A DNA stretch of 64,000 bases from an uncultured bacterium (GTDB taxonomy: Bacteria > Verrucomicrobiota > Verrucomicrobiia > Limisphaerales > UBA8199). The stretch lies in contig CAVVMW010000001.1 of NCBI GenBank assembly GCA_963749495.1, forward strand, positions 576,001 through 640,000, in the 5' to 3' direction. Shown here piece by piece: positions 42,193 through 52,077 of the stretch (the first letter of the stretch is position 1; each line of letters starts with the position of its first letter). The notes under the pieces were generated by a model. That model saw nothing but the letters and a program-made list of their open reading frames with translations, had not been told where the DNA came from and made no database searches. The translations under genes were made by a program, and so were the position numbers.

Positions 42193-43850
42193 TCAATCTT
42201 CCGTTCCGCGCCGCGCCTGTGCTTCTCCGTTTCCTTTGTTTTCTTCTGTTACATTTCCTCCGTTTTCTTCTGTTGAGTTCCACCTTATCGTGGCCACCAC
42301 CGGCGCCCAGGAGATGTGCTGGAGCGCCTTTTGCAGCGAGGGGAAGGAATCGGGGGCGGGGAGTCTGGCGGTGTTGACAATCTGGACCTCCGCCAGGTCG
42401 GCCCTCGTTTTCAACCGCTGGAGCAGCGGCTGGTAGCGCCGGTAATAATCGAATTGGGTCAGGATGAGCCTGGCCGGCTTGAGCGCGGTCAGCCCGTCCC
42501 AGTCGGCGCTGGGCCGGCCCCGTTCGGGCGGCTCCATCCAGTCGGAGTGGATGCACTTGAGTTGGCTGTGCCGGGCCGCCTCGTAGAGGTAGGCGGAGGA
42601 GAGCACGGCCGTGCTGCCGGCGGCGCAGCTCTTCAACTCGGCCCGGACATGCCGGAGGGCCGAGGGGTAGCCGGCATCGGCCGCGCAGGCCACGCCCCAG
42701 GTGCTCATCCCGATCGCCCGGATGGAACCGATGGCCGCCAACGCCAGGAAGAGCCACGCACAGGCCGCAAGCCGCCGGGGCTGCCAAGGCCGCGCCGCCG
42801 CCAGCGCCAGGCACCCCCCCACAATCAGCGGCTGCAGCGGCCCCACAAACTGGACCGAGCTTGGGGCCAACAGGAACAGCGACGCCCCCACGACAGCCAG
42901 CGCGGCCAAGGTTGACGCAGCGGTCACCGTGCTTGCCTCCCATTCGTCGCAGGCGGCACCGGCGCCTGAAATCCGATCGGATTTCAAATGCTGCGTTTCC
43001 TGTGAGGTAGTTCGGCTCCGGCAGCTCAGCACCCACGGCAAGAGTACGGCCGCCGCCGGGATTCCCGGCGCGTTGCGCGCAATCTTGAGGGCCTCGTGCA
43101 GCCGGGGCCATCGCCAGCCGGTGAGCGAGGGCGTTTGCCGAGCATGCTCCATGAACCCGGCCCACACGTGCGGAAAGCCCAGCGCCACCATCCCCGCCAA
43201 CGCCGCCGGCACGGCCGCCATCGCCACCATGGGCCCAACGGGCAAACGCGCGCCCCGCGACAGGCCCTGCCCGAGCATCCCCAGCCAGAGCAACAGCGAA
43301 TAGAGCGCCCCCAACTGCAGGCTCGTGGCAGAAGCCAGGATAGCCAAACCCGCCGCCCAGACCGGCCGGCCACAGACCCAGCAGTACACCGCCCCGATGC
43401 CCAACAAATGGGCCAATGAATCCGGCCGATCATGGAAGGTCATCACGAGCAGAAACGCCCCCGCGATTCCGGCCGCCCAAGCCGGCGCCCTTAGGCGGCG
43501 AAGCAGGCCCAGCAACAGCAGCATATAGCCGCCGAACAACACCAGGTGCAGCGCCATCGCCGCAATGACCGACGTGCCAAACACCCACATCCACCCCGCC
43601 AACACCCCCTGGTAGAGGGGCGGGTAGGCGCAGAACATCTCCGTCCCCAGATCGGCAGGGCCGGCGCCAGCGCCGGGTTCGCGTATTTGCCGTGCAACAG
43701 CAGATTCACGACCGGGCCGTCGTAGAAAAAGGAATCGTTCGCCGGGACCGGCAAGGCCGCAAAAACCAGCAATGCGAGTTTCCACAGGAAGACCGCTGCA
43801 AATACAGCGCCCGGCCTGGCAAACAGACCCTTTGAAACGGGACTCGTCAC
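42193..43850 (-). CDS. Polytopic membrane glycosyltransferase, GT-C-like (frameshift near 43650)
   Basis: N-terminal TM then ND.FFYDGP loop, YPPLYQ, HDRPDSLA, about 10 TMs; divergent from ubiA-like gene. Confidence 0.65.
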
Positions 43851-44127
43851 TGTCCGTCAGGGTTTTCAAACGGGATTGGCTTGTCAATGGCCAATCCCCT
43901 TGGCTACTTTCCAGGGGTGTACTCGGGCAGGACCACCGTGCGAACGAACTCCCCATGAACCGGCTCCAAGTCCGAAGGTTTTGGACTGCGCCAGTCCTCT
44001 GGCGCTTTTTGTACCCTGGGGACGCGAAAGCGGCAGAGGACTGCCGCAGTCCAAAACGCTTCGCGTCGGGCGGCGCCCGCCCAGTCCAAGGTCCGCATGC
44101 GCGACCTCAAGATCGTGGAGGTTCTCC

Positions 44128-45576
44128 ATGAACCCCTCCGCCTCCGTCCCCCTGTGCGTGGATCTCGATGGCACGGTGAGCCGGACGGACCTGTTCTGGG
44201 AATCGCTTGTGCGATTGCTCCGGCGCAACCCGTTCTACGCATTGCTGGCGCTGGTGTGGTGGCTGCGCGGGCGGGCCTGGCTCAAGCGCCAGGTCGCCGC
44301 TCGCATCGAGCTGGACGTCTCTTCACTCCCGTATCACAAGCCGTTTCTCGAGTATCTCCGGGCGCAACGGGCCCAAGGCCGCCCTATCTTCCTGGTTACC
44401 GCCTCGGACTTCAGGTTGGCCCAGGCAGTGGCCCGGCACCTGGGCTTGTTCACGGACGTGCTGGCCAGCGAGGGGCGCGTCAACCTGCGTGGCAAGGCCA
44501 AAGCCGCCCGGCTCGTCGAGCGTTTTGGCGCGCGCGGGTTCGATTATGCGGGCAACTCCGCAGTCGATCTGCCGGTTTGGGCGCAGGCCCGTGAGGCCCT
44601 GGTCGTCAATGCCTCGGCGGGGCTTGCCGCCCGGGCGGCGCAATGCTCGACCGTGAGCCGCGTCTTCGATTCCCCGGGCTCCGGGTGGCGCGCCGCGCTG
44701 CGCGCCTTGCGCCCGCATCAGTGGGTGAAGAACCTCATCGTGTTCGTGCCGCTGGTGACCTCGCACAACATCACCTCGCCCTCATTGGTCCTGGCTGCGG
44801 TCTGGGCCTTCGCCGCCTTGAGCCTTTGCGCCTCGGGCGTCTATGTCCTGAACGACCTGCTGGATGTCGAGGCGGACCGGCGCCACCCGGCCAAGCTCTG
44901 GCGCCCGTTCGCCGCCGGGGCGCTGCCCTTGCCTGTGGGGCTGGCGGCAGCCCCGCTGCTGCTGGCGGCGGGGCTTGTGCTGGCCTGGGACCTTGCCCCG
45001 GCGCTGGCCGGCGTGCTGGGCATCTACCTGGTTCTGACGACCAGTTATTCGTGGCGCTTGAAACAGGTGGCGCTGCTCGATGTCTTCTGCCTGGCCGCGC
45101 TTTACACCCTCCGCCTGATCGCCGGGCACGCGTCCACGCACGTCGCCTATTCGTCCTGGTTGCTGGTATTTTCCATGTTCATCTTCCTGAGCCTGGCGCT
45201 GCTCAAGCGGTTCGTGGAGCTGGACTCCGCCCGCCAGCAGAACCGGCCCGCCATCGGCGGCCGCGGCTACGTGGCCGGGGACGCCGAGTTGGTGGCGATG
45301 CTGGGCCTGGTCACCGGCTGCCTGGCGGTGCTGGTGCTCGCCCTCTATGTCGAGAACAGCCAGCAGGCCACGGTGCTCTACCGCCACCCGTTGCTCTTGC
45401 TGCTGATCTGCCCGCTGCTCCTCTATTGGATCAGCCGGGCCTGGATGCTCGCCCATCGTGGACAGGTACACGATGACCCGATCGTCTTCGCCCTCAAAGA
45501 TAGGACCAGCTATGTCGTCGGCCTTCTGACCATGGCAATCATCTGGCTGGCGACCGCGCGGGTGGGAGGGGGTTGA
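44128..45576 (+). CDS. HAD-fused UbiA-family prenyltransferase (polyprenyl-phosphate phosphoribosyltransferase-like)
   Basis: VDLDGT HAD motif; LRPHQWVKN, NDLLD..ADRRHP.K..RPFAAG, HDDPIVFALKD. Confidence 0.9.
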   Translation: MNPSASVPLCVDLDGTVSRTDLFWESLVRLLRRNPFYALLALVWWLRGRAWLKRQVAARIELDVSSLPYHKPFLEYLRAQRAQGRPIFLVTASDFRLAQAVARHLGLFTDVLASEGRVNLRGKAKAARLVERFGARGFDYAGNSAVDLPVWAQAREALVVNASAGLAARAAQCSTVSRVFDSPGSGWRAALRALRPHQWVKNLIVFVPLVTSHNITSPSLVLAAVWAFAALSLCASGVYVLNDLLDVEADRRHPAKLWRPFAAGALPLPVGLAAAPLLLAAGLVLAWDLAPALAGVLGIYLVLTTSYSWRLKQVALLDVFCLAALYTLRLIAGHASTHVAYSSWLLVFSMFIFLSLALLKRFVELDSARQQNRPAIGGRGYVAGDAELVAMLGLVTGCLAVLVLALYVENSQQATVLYRHPLLLLLICPLLLYWISRAWMLAHRGQVHDDPIVFALKDRTSYVVGLLTMAIIWLATARVGGG

Positions 45577-45601
45577 AATGAACGGCCCATCATGCACCGC
45601 G

Positions 45602-45876
45602 TTGCGGCCCAAAGGGCCGCCGGAACCTAGCCCAGGGCTGAGCGCATCCCGACACTGCCCCCACCGCCGCGGGCCGGAGCGGAGTGCGCCCGTCCTCGGG
45701 CGCAGCGACGTCCGCAGTCAGGGCAGCGGTCAAACCCTCCTGCGCGCCTGCCCGCTCCGTCGCTGCTGCGCCCGAGGACGGGCGCACCCCGGGGCCAGCG
45801 TCAGGATGCGCCTCCCTGGGCATCGGCCTGGCGGCCTCAGCCCTGGGCTGGATTCTCCCGGCCCTTCGGGCCGGAC
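45602..45876. repeat. Nested elements: 170-bp GGAGTGCGCCCGTCC element (45642-45811) inside a GGCCCAA(A/C)GGGCC hairpin element (intact copy 59565-59779)
   Basis: Arms compared directly with the 59565-59779 and 8774-8941 copies. Confidence 0.88.
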
Positions 45877-45922
45877 ATTGAGGCATTTCGAGGAGAAACC
45901 GGAGCTTTCCAACTGATTCCTG

Positions 45923-47775
45923 ATGTGCGTCCCCGCTCACTCCTGGTATCACGATACCGTCTCGGCGCTGGCCTATTCGCTGGGCCAGGTCCACGCGGAG
46001 CAGGGCATGGTGGATCTGCAGGCGCCTTACAACGACCTGACTGGCTTTGTGCTGCGGCAGCAGGGGCAGATGCCCGATTACCTGCGCGCTCCCATGCGGG
46101 CGGCCACGCTGGCCTTCGACCTGGCCGGCCTCCTGCGGACGGGACGGCCTTTTCACGCCCAGGCACCGGAGGCGCGCCGGCGGCAGGTCGGCGCCTGGAA
46201 ACGCTCGAGCCTTGGTTTGCGCCGCGACCTGATTCGCTACTACGAGAGCCTGGCGACGCTGGCGCTCTACAGCCGGCAAGTCGAAGGCATCGAGGCTGAG
46301 CTTGCTGCCGCGCCGGCGGTGGAGGCCCCAGGCCCCGCCCCGGGCCGGGTCATTGCCAACCCCCCGCGACCCCTGCGGTGCGCCCTCGCGGTGGTGGGTT
46401 CCGGACCAGGCGGGGCCATCACCGCCTGCCTCCTGGCGGAGGGGGGACGCGATGTCGTGTTGATCGAGGAGGGTCCTTTCCACACGCTGGAATCGTGTGC
46501 GCCCTTCTCGAAGGAGGAGATGCTCCAGAAATACCGCAATGGCGGACAGACCGTAGCGTTTGGCCGGGACAAGGTGGCCTATGTTGAGGGCTGTTGCGTG
46601 GGCGGCGGCAGCGAGATCAACAGCGGCCTCTATTATCGAACGCCCCCGGAGGTGCTCGAGCTTCGGCGCCGGCAATTCCAGGTGGATGCCCTGGCCGAGG
46701 CGGACCTGCGCCCTCATTTCGAGGCCTGCGAACGCGAGGTCTGCGTCTCGCCGCTGCCGGGACCGGCCCCGGCCGCATCGCTCAAGCTCGAAGTTGGCGC
46801 CACGCGGCTGGGCTGGAAGTCGCTCGAAGCGCCGCGCTGGTTCCGCTATGGAGGCGAGGGGAGCGGGCGGCAGTCGATGACCCGAACGTTTGTGCCGCGC
46901 CTGCTGCGGGCGGGCGGGCGGCTCCTGCCGCGCGCGCGCGTCGAGCGGCTGCGGCGTCAGGGGCGCCTTTGGCTGCTGGAGGGCACGCACGCCACCGCCG
47001 GGGCGCTGCGCATCGAGGCGGACACCGTGTTCCTGTGCGGCGGGGCCGTGCAGACGCCGGCGTTGCTCCGCCGCAGCGGCATCACCCGCAACATCGGCAA
47101 TGCGCTCCAACTGCACCCGACTGTGAAAATCGTCGCCAGGTTCCCCGAGCCGGTCAATGCGGCGGACATGGGTGTGCCGGTCCACCAGGTCAAAGAGTTT
47201 GCGCCACGGCTCAGTTTCGGCTGCTCGGTGAGCACGCCCCCCTACCTGGCGCTGGGACTGCTGGATCATCCCTCCGCCGCGGCAGAGGTCCGCAGTGGCT
47301 GGACCCGAATGGCCAATTACTACGCCATGATCACACCCAGGGGCGCGGCACCGTCCGCCTCCTGGGCCGGTTCCGCGACCCGCTGGTGCGCTATCAACTG
47401 ACCGAAGCGGACCGGCGCAACCTGGCGGACGGCCTTCGAAAGCTGGCCGAGTTGCTCTTTTCCGCCGGGGCGGTCGCCCTTTATCCCGGCCTGCCGGGCA
47501 GCCCGCCGCTGCTCTCGCCCAGCGCCCTCAGTCAATTGCCCGGCCAACTGCCGATTGGCCGGGCCAGCCTCATGACCATTCACCTCTTCTCCTCGTGTCC
47601 TTTGGGAGAAGACAAACAGCGGTGCGCCGCCGATTCCTTCGGCCGCGTACACGGCTTCCAGGACCTCCTCATCAACGATGCCAGCCTCCTGTGTACCGCC
47701 CCCGGTGTCAATCCCCAGGGCTCGATCATGGCCCTGGCGCGGCGCAATGTGCTGCAGTTCCTCGGCAAGGGGTAG
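45923..47775 (+). CDS. GMC-family FAD oxidoreductase (frameshift near 47340)
   Basis: VVGSGPGG, LIEEG, GGGSEINSG, GAVQTPALL, HLFSSCPLG, NDASLL..GVNPQGSIMA. Confidence 0.88.
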
Positions 47776-47798
47776 CCCGGAAACTAATTCAACCACGG

Positions 47799-49004
47799 AT
47801 GAACACGGATAGACACGGATGTGCGGGAGGGTCGAGGGTCGAGGGTCGAGGGGGCCCAGCAGGCTTGCCCCTCGACCCTCGACCCTCGACCCTCCACCCT
47901 CCACCCTCGACTCTCGACCCTCGACCCTCGACCCTCGACCCTCGACCCTCGGCCCTTCGGCTGGTCCTTGTCACCGGCGCGCTGGGCTGGGTGGGGTCGC
48001 GGCTGGTGGAGATTCTCCTCGGTGGTCTGCCCGAGTGCGAGGCCTTCCGGGAGCCGCGCCGGGATTTGCGCATTCGTTGCCTGGTCCTGCCGGGCCAGGA
48101 TCCGGCGGTGCTGCAGCGCCTCTCCGAGCGCATCGAGGTGGTCAAGGGCGACCTTCGGGACCCCGCCGACTGCGCCCGTTTCTGTCGCCAGGCGCAGGGC
48201 GCCGTGCTCTTCCACACGGCGGGCCTGGTCCACCCGCGCCGTATCGCGGAGCTTTACGAAGTCAATGTTCGGGGCACCCGCCAATTGCTCGATGCCGCCG
48301 CCGCCGGCGGCGTCAGGCGCGCCGTTGTGGTCTCCTCCAACTCGCCCTGCGGCTGCAACCCGCACCCCGACCATCTGTTCGACGAGCTTTCGCCCTATCA
48401 CCCTTGCATGAACTACGGCCGCTCGAAGATGCAGATGGAGCTTGCGGTCAACGAGCGGCAGCAGAGGGGCGGCATCGAAACCGTCCTGGTCCGCCCGCCC
48501 TGGTTCTACGGCCCCAACCAGCCGCCGCGCCAGACGTTGTTCTTTCGCATGATCCGCCGCGGCAAGGTCCCGCTCGTGGGCTCGGGCGCCAACTTGCGCT
48601 CGATGGCCTACCTCGACAACCTCTGCCAGGGATTGCTCCAGGCGGCGGCGGTCCAGCGCGCCAACGGCCGGACCTATTGGATAGCCGACCGGCGGCCTTA
48701 CTCGATGAACGAGATCATTCAAACGGTCGAGCGGTTGCTCGAGGGCGAGTTCGGCCGGCCCTGTGCGCACAAGCGCCTGAGGCTGCCAGGGTTTGCCGGC
48801 TCGCTCGCGTTCGTTGCCGACGCGGCATTGCAGGGGCTTGGCTTATACAATCAGAAGATCCATGTTTTGTCCGAGATGAACAAGACCATTGCCTGCTCGA
48901 TTGCGCGGGCGGAACGGGAATTGGGCTACCGGCCCGCCATCGAACTGGAAGAAGGGATGCGCCGCTCGCTGGCCTGGTGCCTCCAGCGGGGGATGGAGGT
49001 GTAG
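47799..49004 (+). CDS. NAD-dependent epimerase/dehydratase (extended SDR) with repeat-encoded N-terminus
   Basis: VTGALGWVG, HTAG, YGRSK, RPPWFYGP; nearest in-frame ATG lies in the 9-mer repeat at 47799. Confidence 0.88.
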   Translation: MNTDRHGCAGGSRVEGRGGPAGLPLDPRPSTLHPPPSTLDPRPSTLDPRPSALRLVLVTGALGWVGSRLVEILLGGLPECEAFREPRRDLRIRCLVLPGQDPAVLQRLSERIEVVKGDLRDPADCARFCRQAQGAVLFHTAGLVHPRRIAELYEVNVRGTRQLLDAAAAGGVRRAVVVSSNSPCGCNPHPDHLFDELSPYHPCMNYGRSKMQMELAVNERQQRGGIETVLVRPPWFYGPNQPPRQTLFFRMIRRGKVPLVGSGANLRSMAYLDNLCQGLLQAAAVQRANGRTYWIADRRPYSMNEIIQTVERLLEGEFGRPCAHKRLRLPGFAGSLAFVADAALQGLGLYNQKIHVLSEMNKTIACSIARAERELGYRPAIELEEGMRRSLAWCLQRGMEV

Positions 49005-49007
49005 CGC

Positions 49008-50045
49008 GTGAACTCGCTTCATCACCTGGTCACGGGCGGTTCGGGTTTTCTGGGCAACCTGATTGCGCGGCGGTTGCTCGAGCGCGGCGAGCGGGTCACC
49101 GTGCTGGACATCTGGGAAGACCCGACCCGGCCCAAGGAAATCCAATTCGTCCGCTGCAACGTCCGCGACCGCGAGGGGCTGATTCGGGCCATGCGCGGGG
49201 TCGAGGTCGTGCACCACAACGCCGCCCTGGTGCCGCTGACCAAGTCCGGCAAGAAGTTCCGCCAGGTCAACGTCGAGGGCAGCCGCATCGCGGCCGAGGC
49301 CGCGGCGCAGGCAGGGGTGCGGGCCTTCATTCACATGAGTTCCTCGGCCATCTTCGGCGCGCCCAGCGAGTGTCCCATCACCGACGCCACGCCCTTCGGG
49401 CCGGCAGAGGTCTATGGACGGGCCAAACTTTCGGGCGAGTTGGCCGTCCGCGAGGTGTCCACCCGGACCGGCCTGCCCCTGATCGTCATCCGGCCCCGGA
49501 CCATCCTGGGGGAGGGCCGCCTGGGCATCTTCCAGATCCTCTTCGAGTGGATTCGCCAAGGGCGCAATGTCTATGTCATCGGTCCCGGCACCGGCCTCTT
49601 CCAATTCGTCCACGCGCACGACCTGATGGATGCCTATCTCCTGGCCCTGGACCACGCCCAGCCCGGCGTCTATAACGTCGGCGCACAGCGGTTTGGCTCC
49701 GTGCGGCAGGCCCTGGAGAATCTCATCGGCTCCGTCGGCTCGGGCTCGAAGGTCAGGTCGCTCCCCACGGGCCTCACGATGGCCTCGTTGCGCGCCCTGG
49801 ACTGGCTCGGGCTCAGCCCGCTCGCCCCGTGGCATTATCTCACCTACCACAAACCGTTCTATTTCGACATCTCCAGGCTCCTGGCGATGGGCTGGAAACC
49901 GCGCTATTCGAACGACGAGATGTTCCTCGAGAGCTACCACTGGTTTCTGGCCAACTACGACCGCCTGGCTGCCGCCACGGCCGGCTCGCCCCATCGCCGC
50001 CCCGTGCGCCAGGGCCTGCTCTGGCTGCTCAAGAAGCTTTCGTGA
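49008..50045 (+). CDS. NAD-dependent epimerase/dehydratase (extended SDR)
   Basis: VTGGSGFLG, HNAA, YGRAK, RPRTILG. Confidence 0.9.
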   Translation: MNSLHHLVTGGSGFLGNLIARRLLERGERVTVLDIWEDPTRPKEIQFVRCNVRDREGLIRAMRGVEVVHHNAALVPLTKSGKKFRQVNVEGSRIAAEAAAQAGVRAFIHMSSSAIFGAPSECPITDATPFGPAEVYGRAKLSGELAVREVSTRTGLPLIVIRPRTILGEGRLGIFQILFEWIRQGRNVYVIGPGTGLFQFVHAHDLMDAYLLALDHAQPGVYNVGAQRFGSVRQALENLIGSVGSGSKVRSLPTGLTMASLRALDWLGLSPLAPWHYLTYHKPFYFDISRLLAMGWKPRYSNDEMFLESYHWFLANYDRLAAATAGSPHRRPVRQGLLWLLKKLS

Positions 50046-50108
50046 TAGCCAATAGCCGATAGCCAATAGCCAATAGCCAATAGCCAGATAGCCGAACAAA
50101 CCCCGCAC

Positions 50109-50687
50109 ATGTCAAAATACACAAAATTCGAGGAGTTGCCCGTCTGGCAGGAGGCCGCGCGGCTCTACAACCGGGTGCTGGACTTGCTGGAAGAGCCCGG
50201 GGTGCCGCTGACGCCCGGCCTGCGCAACCAGTTGGACCGCGCTGCGCTCTCCGTTTCCAACAACATCGCCGAGGGATTCGAGCGGGTGACGAACAACGAA
50301 TTGCTCAGCTTTTTAGCCATCGCCCGGGGTTCCGGCGGCGAAGTGCGCTCCATGATGGCTGTTGTCAAAGACCGGCCCAAGCTCAAGCCCTACTTCCGGC
50401 ATCTGCGGGAAATCCGCGCGCTGGCGGACTCGTGCGCTCGCCAGCTCACGGCCTGGACTGTCTCCCTGGAGGGGTCGCCCGTGCAGGGCAAGCGGCATCT
50501 TGCCGGGCCGGACCGCGGGCGGCGTGAGGCGGCCGACAAGGCCCGGCGCTTCCGGCTCAACTTCCTGCGCAACCTCAAGCCCAGCCATCCCCTCTACACC
50601 TCGCCCGAGGCGCGCGCTGCCCGGGGAGAGCCGGAGGCGAGCCAAGAACCAACCCCGCCCTCTGAACTACGGCCCAACCAAGGCTGA
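50109..50687 (+). CDS. Four-helix-bundle protein (23S rRNA IVP / Avd-like family)
   Basis: FEELPVWQEA, LRNQLDRAALSVSNNIAEGFER, FLAIARGSGGEVRS. Confidence 0.92.
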   Translation: MSKYTKFEELPVWQEAARLYNRVLDLLEEPGVPLTPGLRNQLDRAALSVSNNIAEGFERVTNNELLSFLAIARGSGGEVRSMMAVVKDRPKLKPYFRHLREIRALADSCARQLTAWTVSLEGSPVQGKRHLAGPDRGRREAADKARRFRLNFLRNLKPSHPLYTSPEARAARGEPEASQEPTPPSELRPNQG

Positions 50688-50715
50688 ACCACGGCTGCGG
50701 CCCCTTGGCTATTGG

Positions 50716-51099
50716 CTATTTGCTATCTTCTTGGCCCAGGGCCAGCCAGAGCCAGCCGAGTATGAAGCTGAGGCCGCCGATGGGGGTGATGGCGCCCAGC
50801 CAGCGGAGATTGGTCAGGGCGAGCAGGTACAGGGAGCCGGAGAAGCAGACAATGCCGGCGAGAAAGCTGAACCAGGGGCCGCGCTGGAGAGGAACCCGCG
50901 CGGCGAGGATGAAGAGCATGACCGCGTGGATGAAGTGGTAAAAGACCGCCTTTTCCCAGATGGCGGCGGTTTGGTTTTGCGCCAGGACCCGCTTGAGGCT
51001 GTGGGCGCCAAAGGCGCCCAGGGCTACGGCGAGCAACCCGAGCACCGAAGCGATGCGCAGAGCGGCGGAGTTCCCGTGGGACGAACTCGGGCTGTTCAT
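50716..51099 (-). CDS. DUF423 (TMEM256-like) membrane protein
   Basis: AVALGAFGAHSL, YHFIHA, FSGSLYLLAL, LGAITPIGG. Confidence 0.92.
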   Translation of the reverse strand: MNSPSSSHGNSAALRIASVLGLLAVALGAFGAHSLKRVLAQNQTAAIWEKAVFYHFIHAVMLFILAARVPLQRGPWFSFLAGIVCFSGSLYLLALTNLRWLGAITPIGGLSFILGWLWLALGQEDSK

Positions 51100-51110
51100 A
51101 CTCGCTCAAA

Positions 51111-51207
51111 GTCCCTTGTGTCCTTTATGTCCCTTTTGTCCCTTGTGTCCCTTCTATCGCCGGGGACAAACTGAAGCGACAAAAGGGACACAAGGGACAT
51201 AAAGGAC
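51111..51207. repeat. 9-mer-based hairpin (GTCCCTTNT)n / (ANAAGGGAC)n
   Basis: Read directly; same 9-mer occurs at 3093-3116 and 3323-3338. Confidence 0.85.
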
Positions 51208-51218
51208 GCCATCTGGCC

Positions 51219-52051
51219 CTACTTCTCCTTTTTTTCCGGCGTGGCGGCGGCCTCGGGGACTTGTTTGGCGGCTTTGAGGACATTGTCGGCCGGCACGATG
51301 ATGCCGCTGACATTGCCGGGCTGCACGCCGAACATGCTGGCGGGGCCTCTGCTCTTGAGGGCGCGCATGACGAAGATGCCCAGGGGTTGGCCGTCCAGGG
51401 TAAAGGCCGGGGACCCCAGGCCGGTGAGGGTGGCGCTGGTCTCAGGAACGTAGAACAGGCGCGGTCTGCGGACGATGGCGGAGATGCGCTCGGCAGAGGC
51501 CGAATAAGCGCGGCCGGCGGCGTTGCCGAGGCGATTGAGGGCGAGGACCTGGTCCAGGACCTGGGCCTTGGCGGACTTGGTCAGGTCAAGGGCGGCCATC
51601 GGCGTGGCGGGCTTGGCCTTGGGGCGGACGAAGGCCAGATCCAGGTCTTTGTCCCGCAGCACGACCTCGGCGGGCACCTCGGTGCCGTCTTCGAGGAGGA
51701 TTTTGATGTCGCTCAGTTCGCTCTCCACTTTGAAGCGGGATTCCCCTTCGGGCATCATGTTCTGGACCATCAGGCCCGGGTCGGTGGCGGAGAGCGAGAG
51801 CACGGTGAGGCCCAGGGGTCGATGACGGTGCCGGTGGCATCCTGGCGCGACTCGGTGGATTGGCCGCCCATGCCCATGCCGTTCATCGTGATCTTGAGGA
51901 CCAACTCGACCGTGACGACGGCTTGCTGGTTGTTCTTGAAAATGGCGCGGCCTTTGTCGGCCAACTCATCGGCGCGCGAGGCAATGGCCGCAAAGGCCAG
52001 CGCCAGGCAGAGAGCAATCGGGCTGGTTTTTCGCATCAACAGGTTGGACAT
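51219..52051 (-). CDS. Secreted trypsin-like-fold protein, apparently lacking catalytic residues (frameshift near 51815)
   Basis: ATGTVID, RDKDLDLAFVRP, LGSPAFTLDGQPLGI; no TNxHV or GxSGG. Confidence 0.7.
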
Positions 52052-52077
52052 AGAATCCCTTTCAGGCATGGTTTTGC

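Noticed and set aside
50109..50687. Diversity-generating retroelement or 23S rRNA intervening sequence
   Set aside because: No reverse transcriptase, no template/variable repeat pair and no rRNA sequence in the window.
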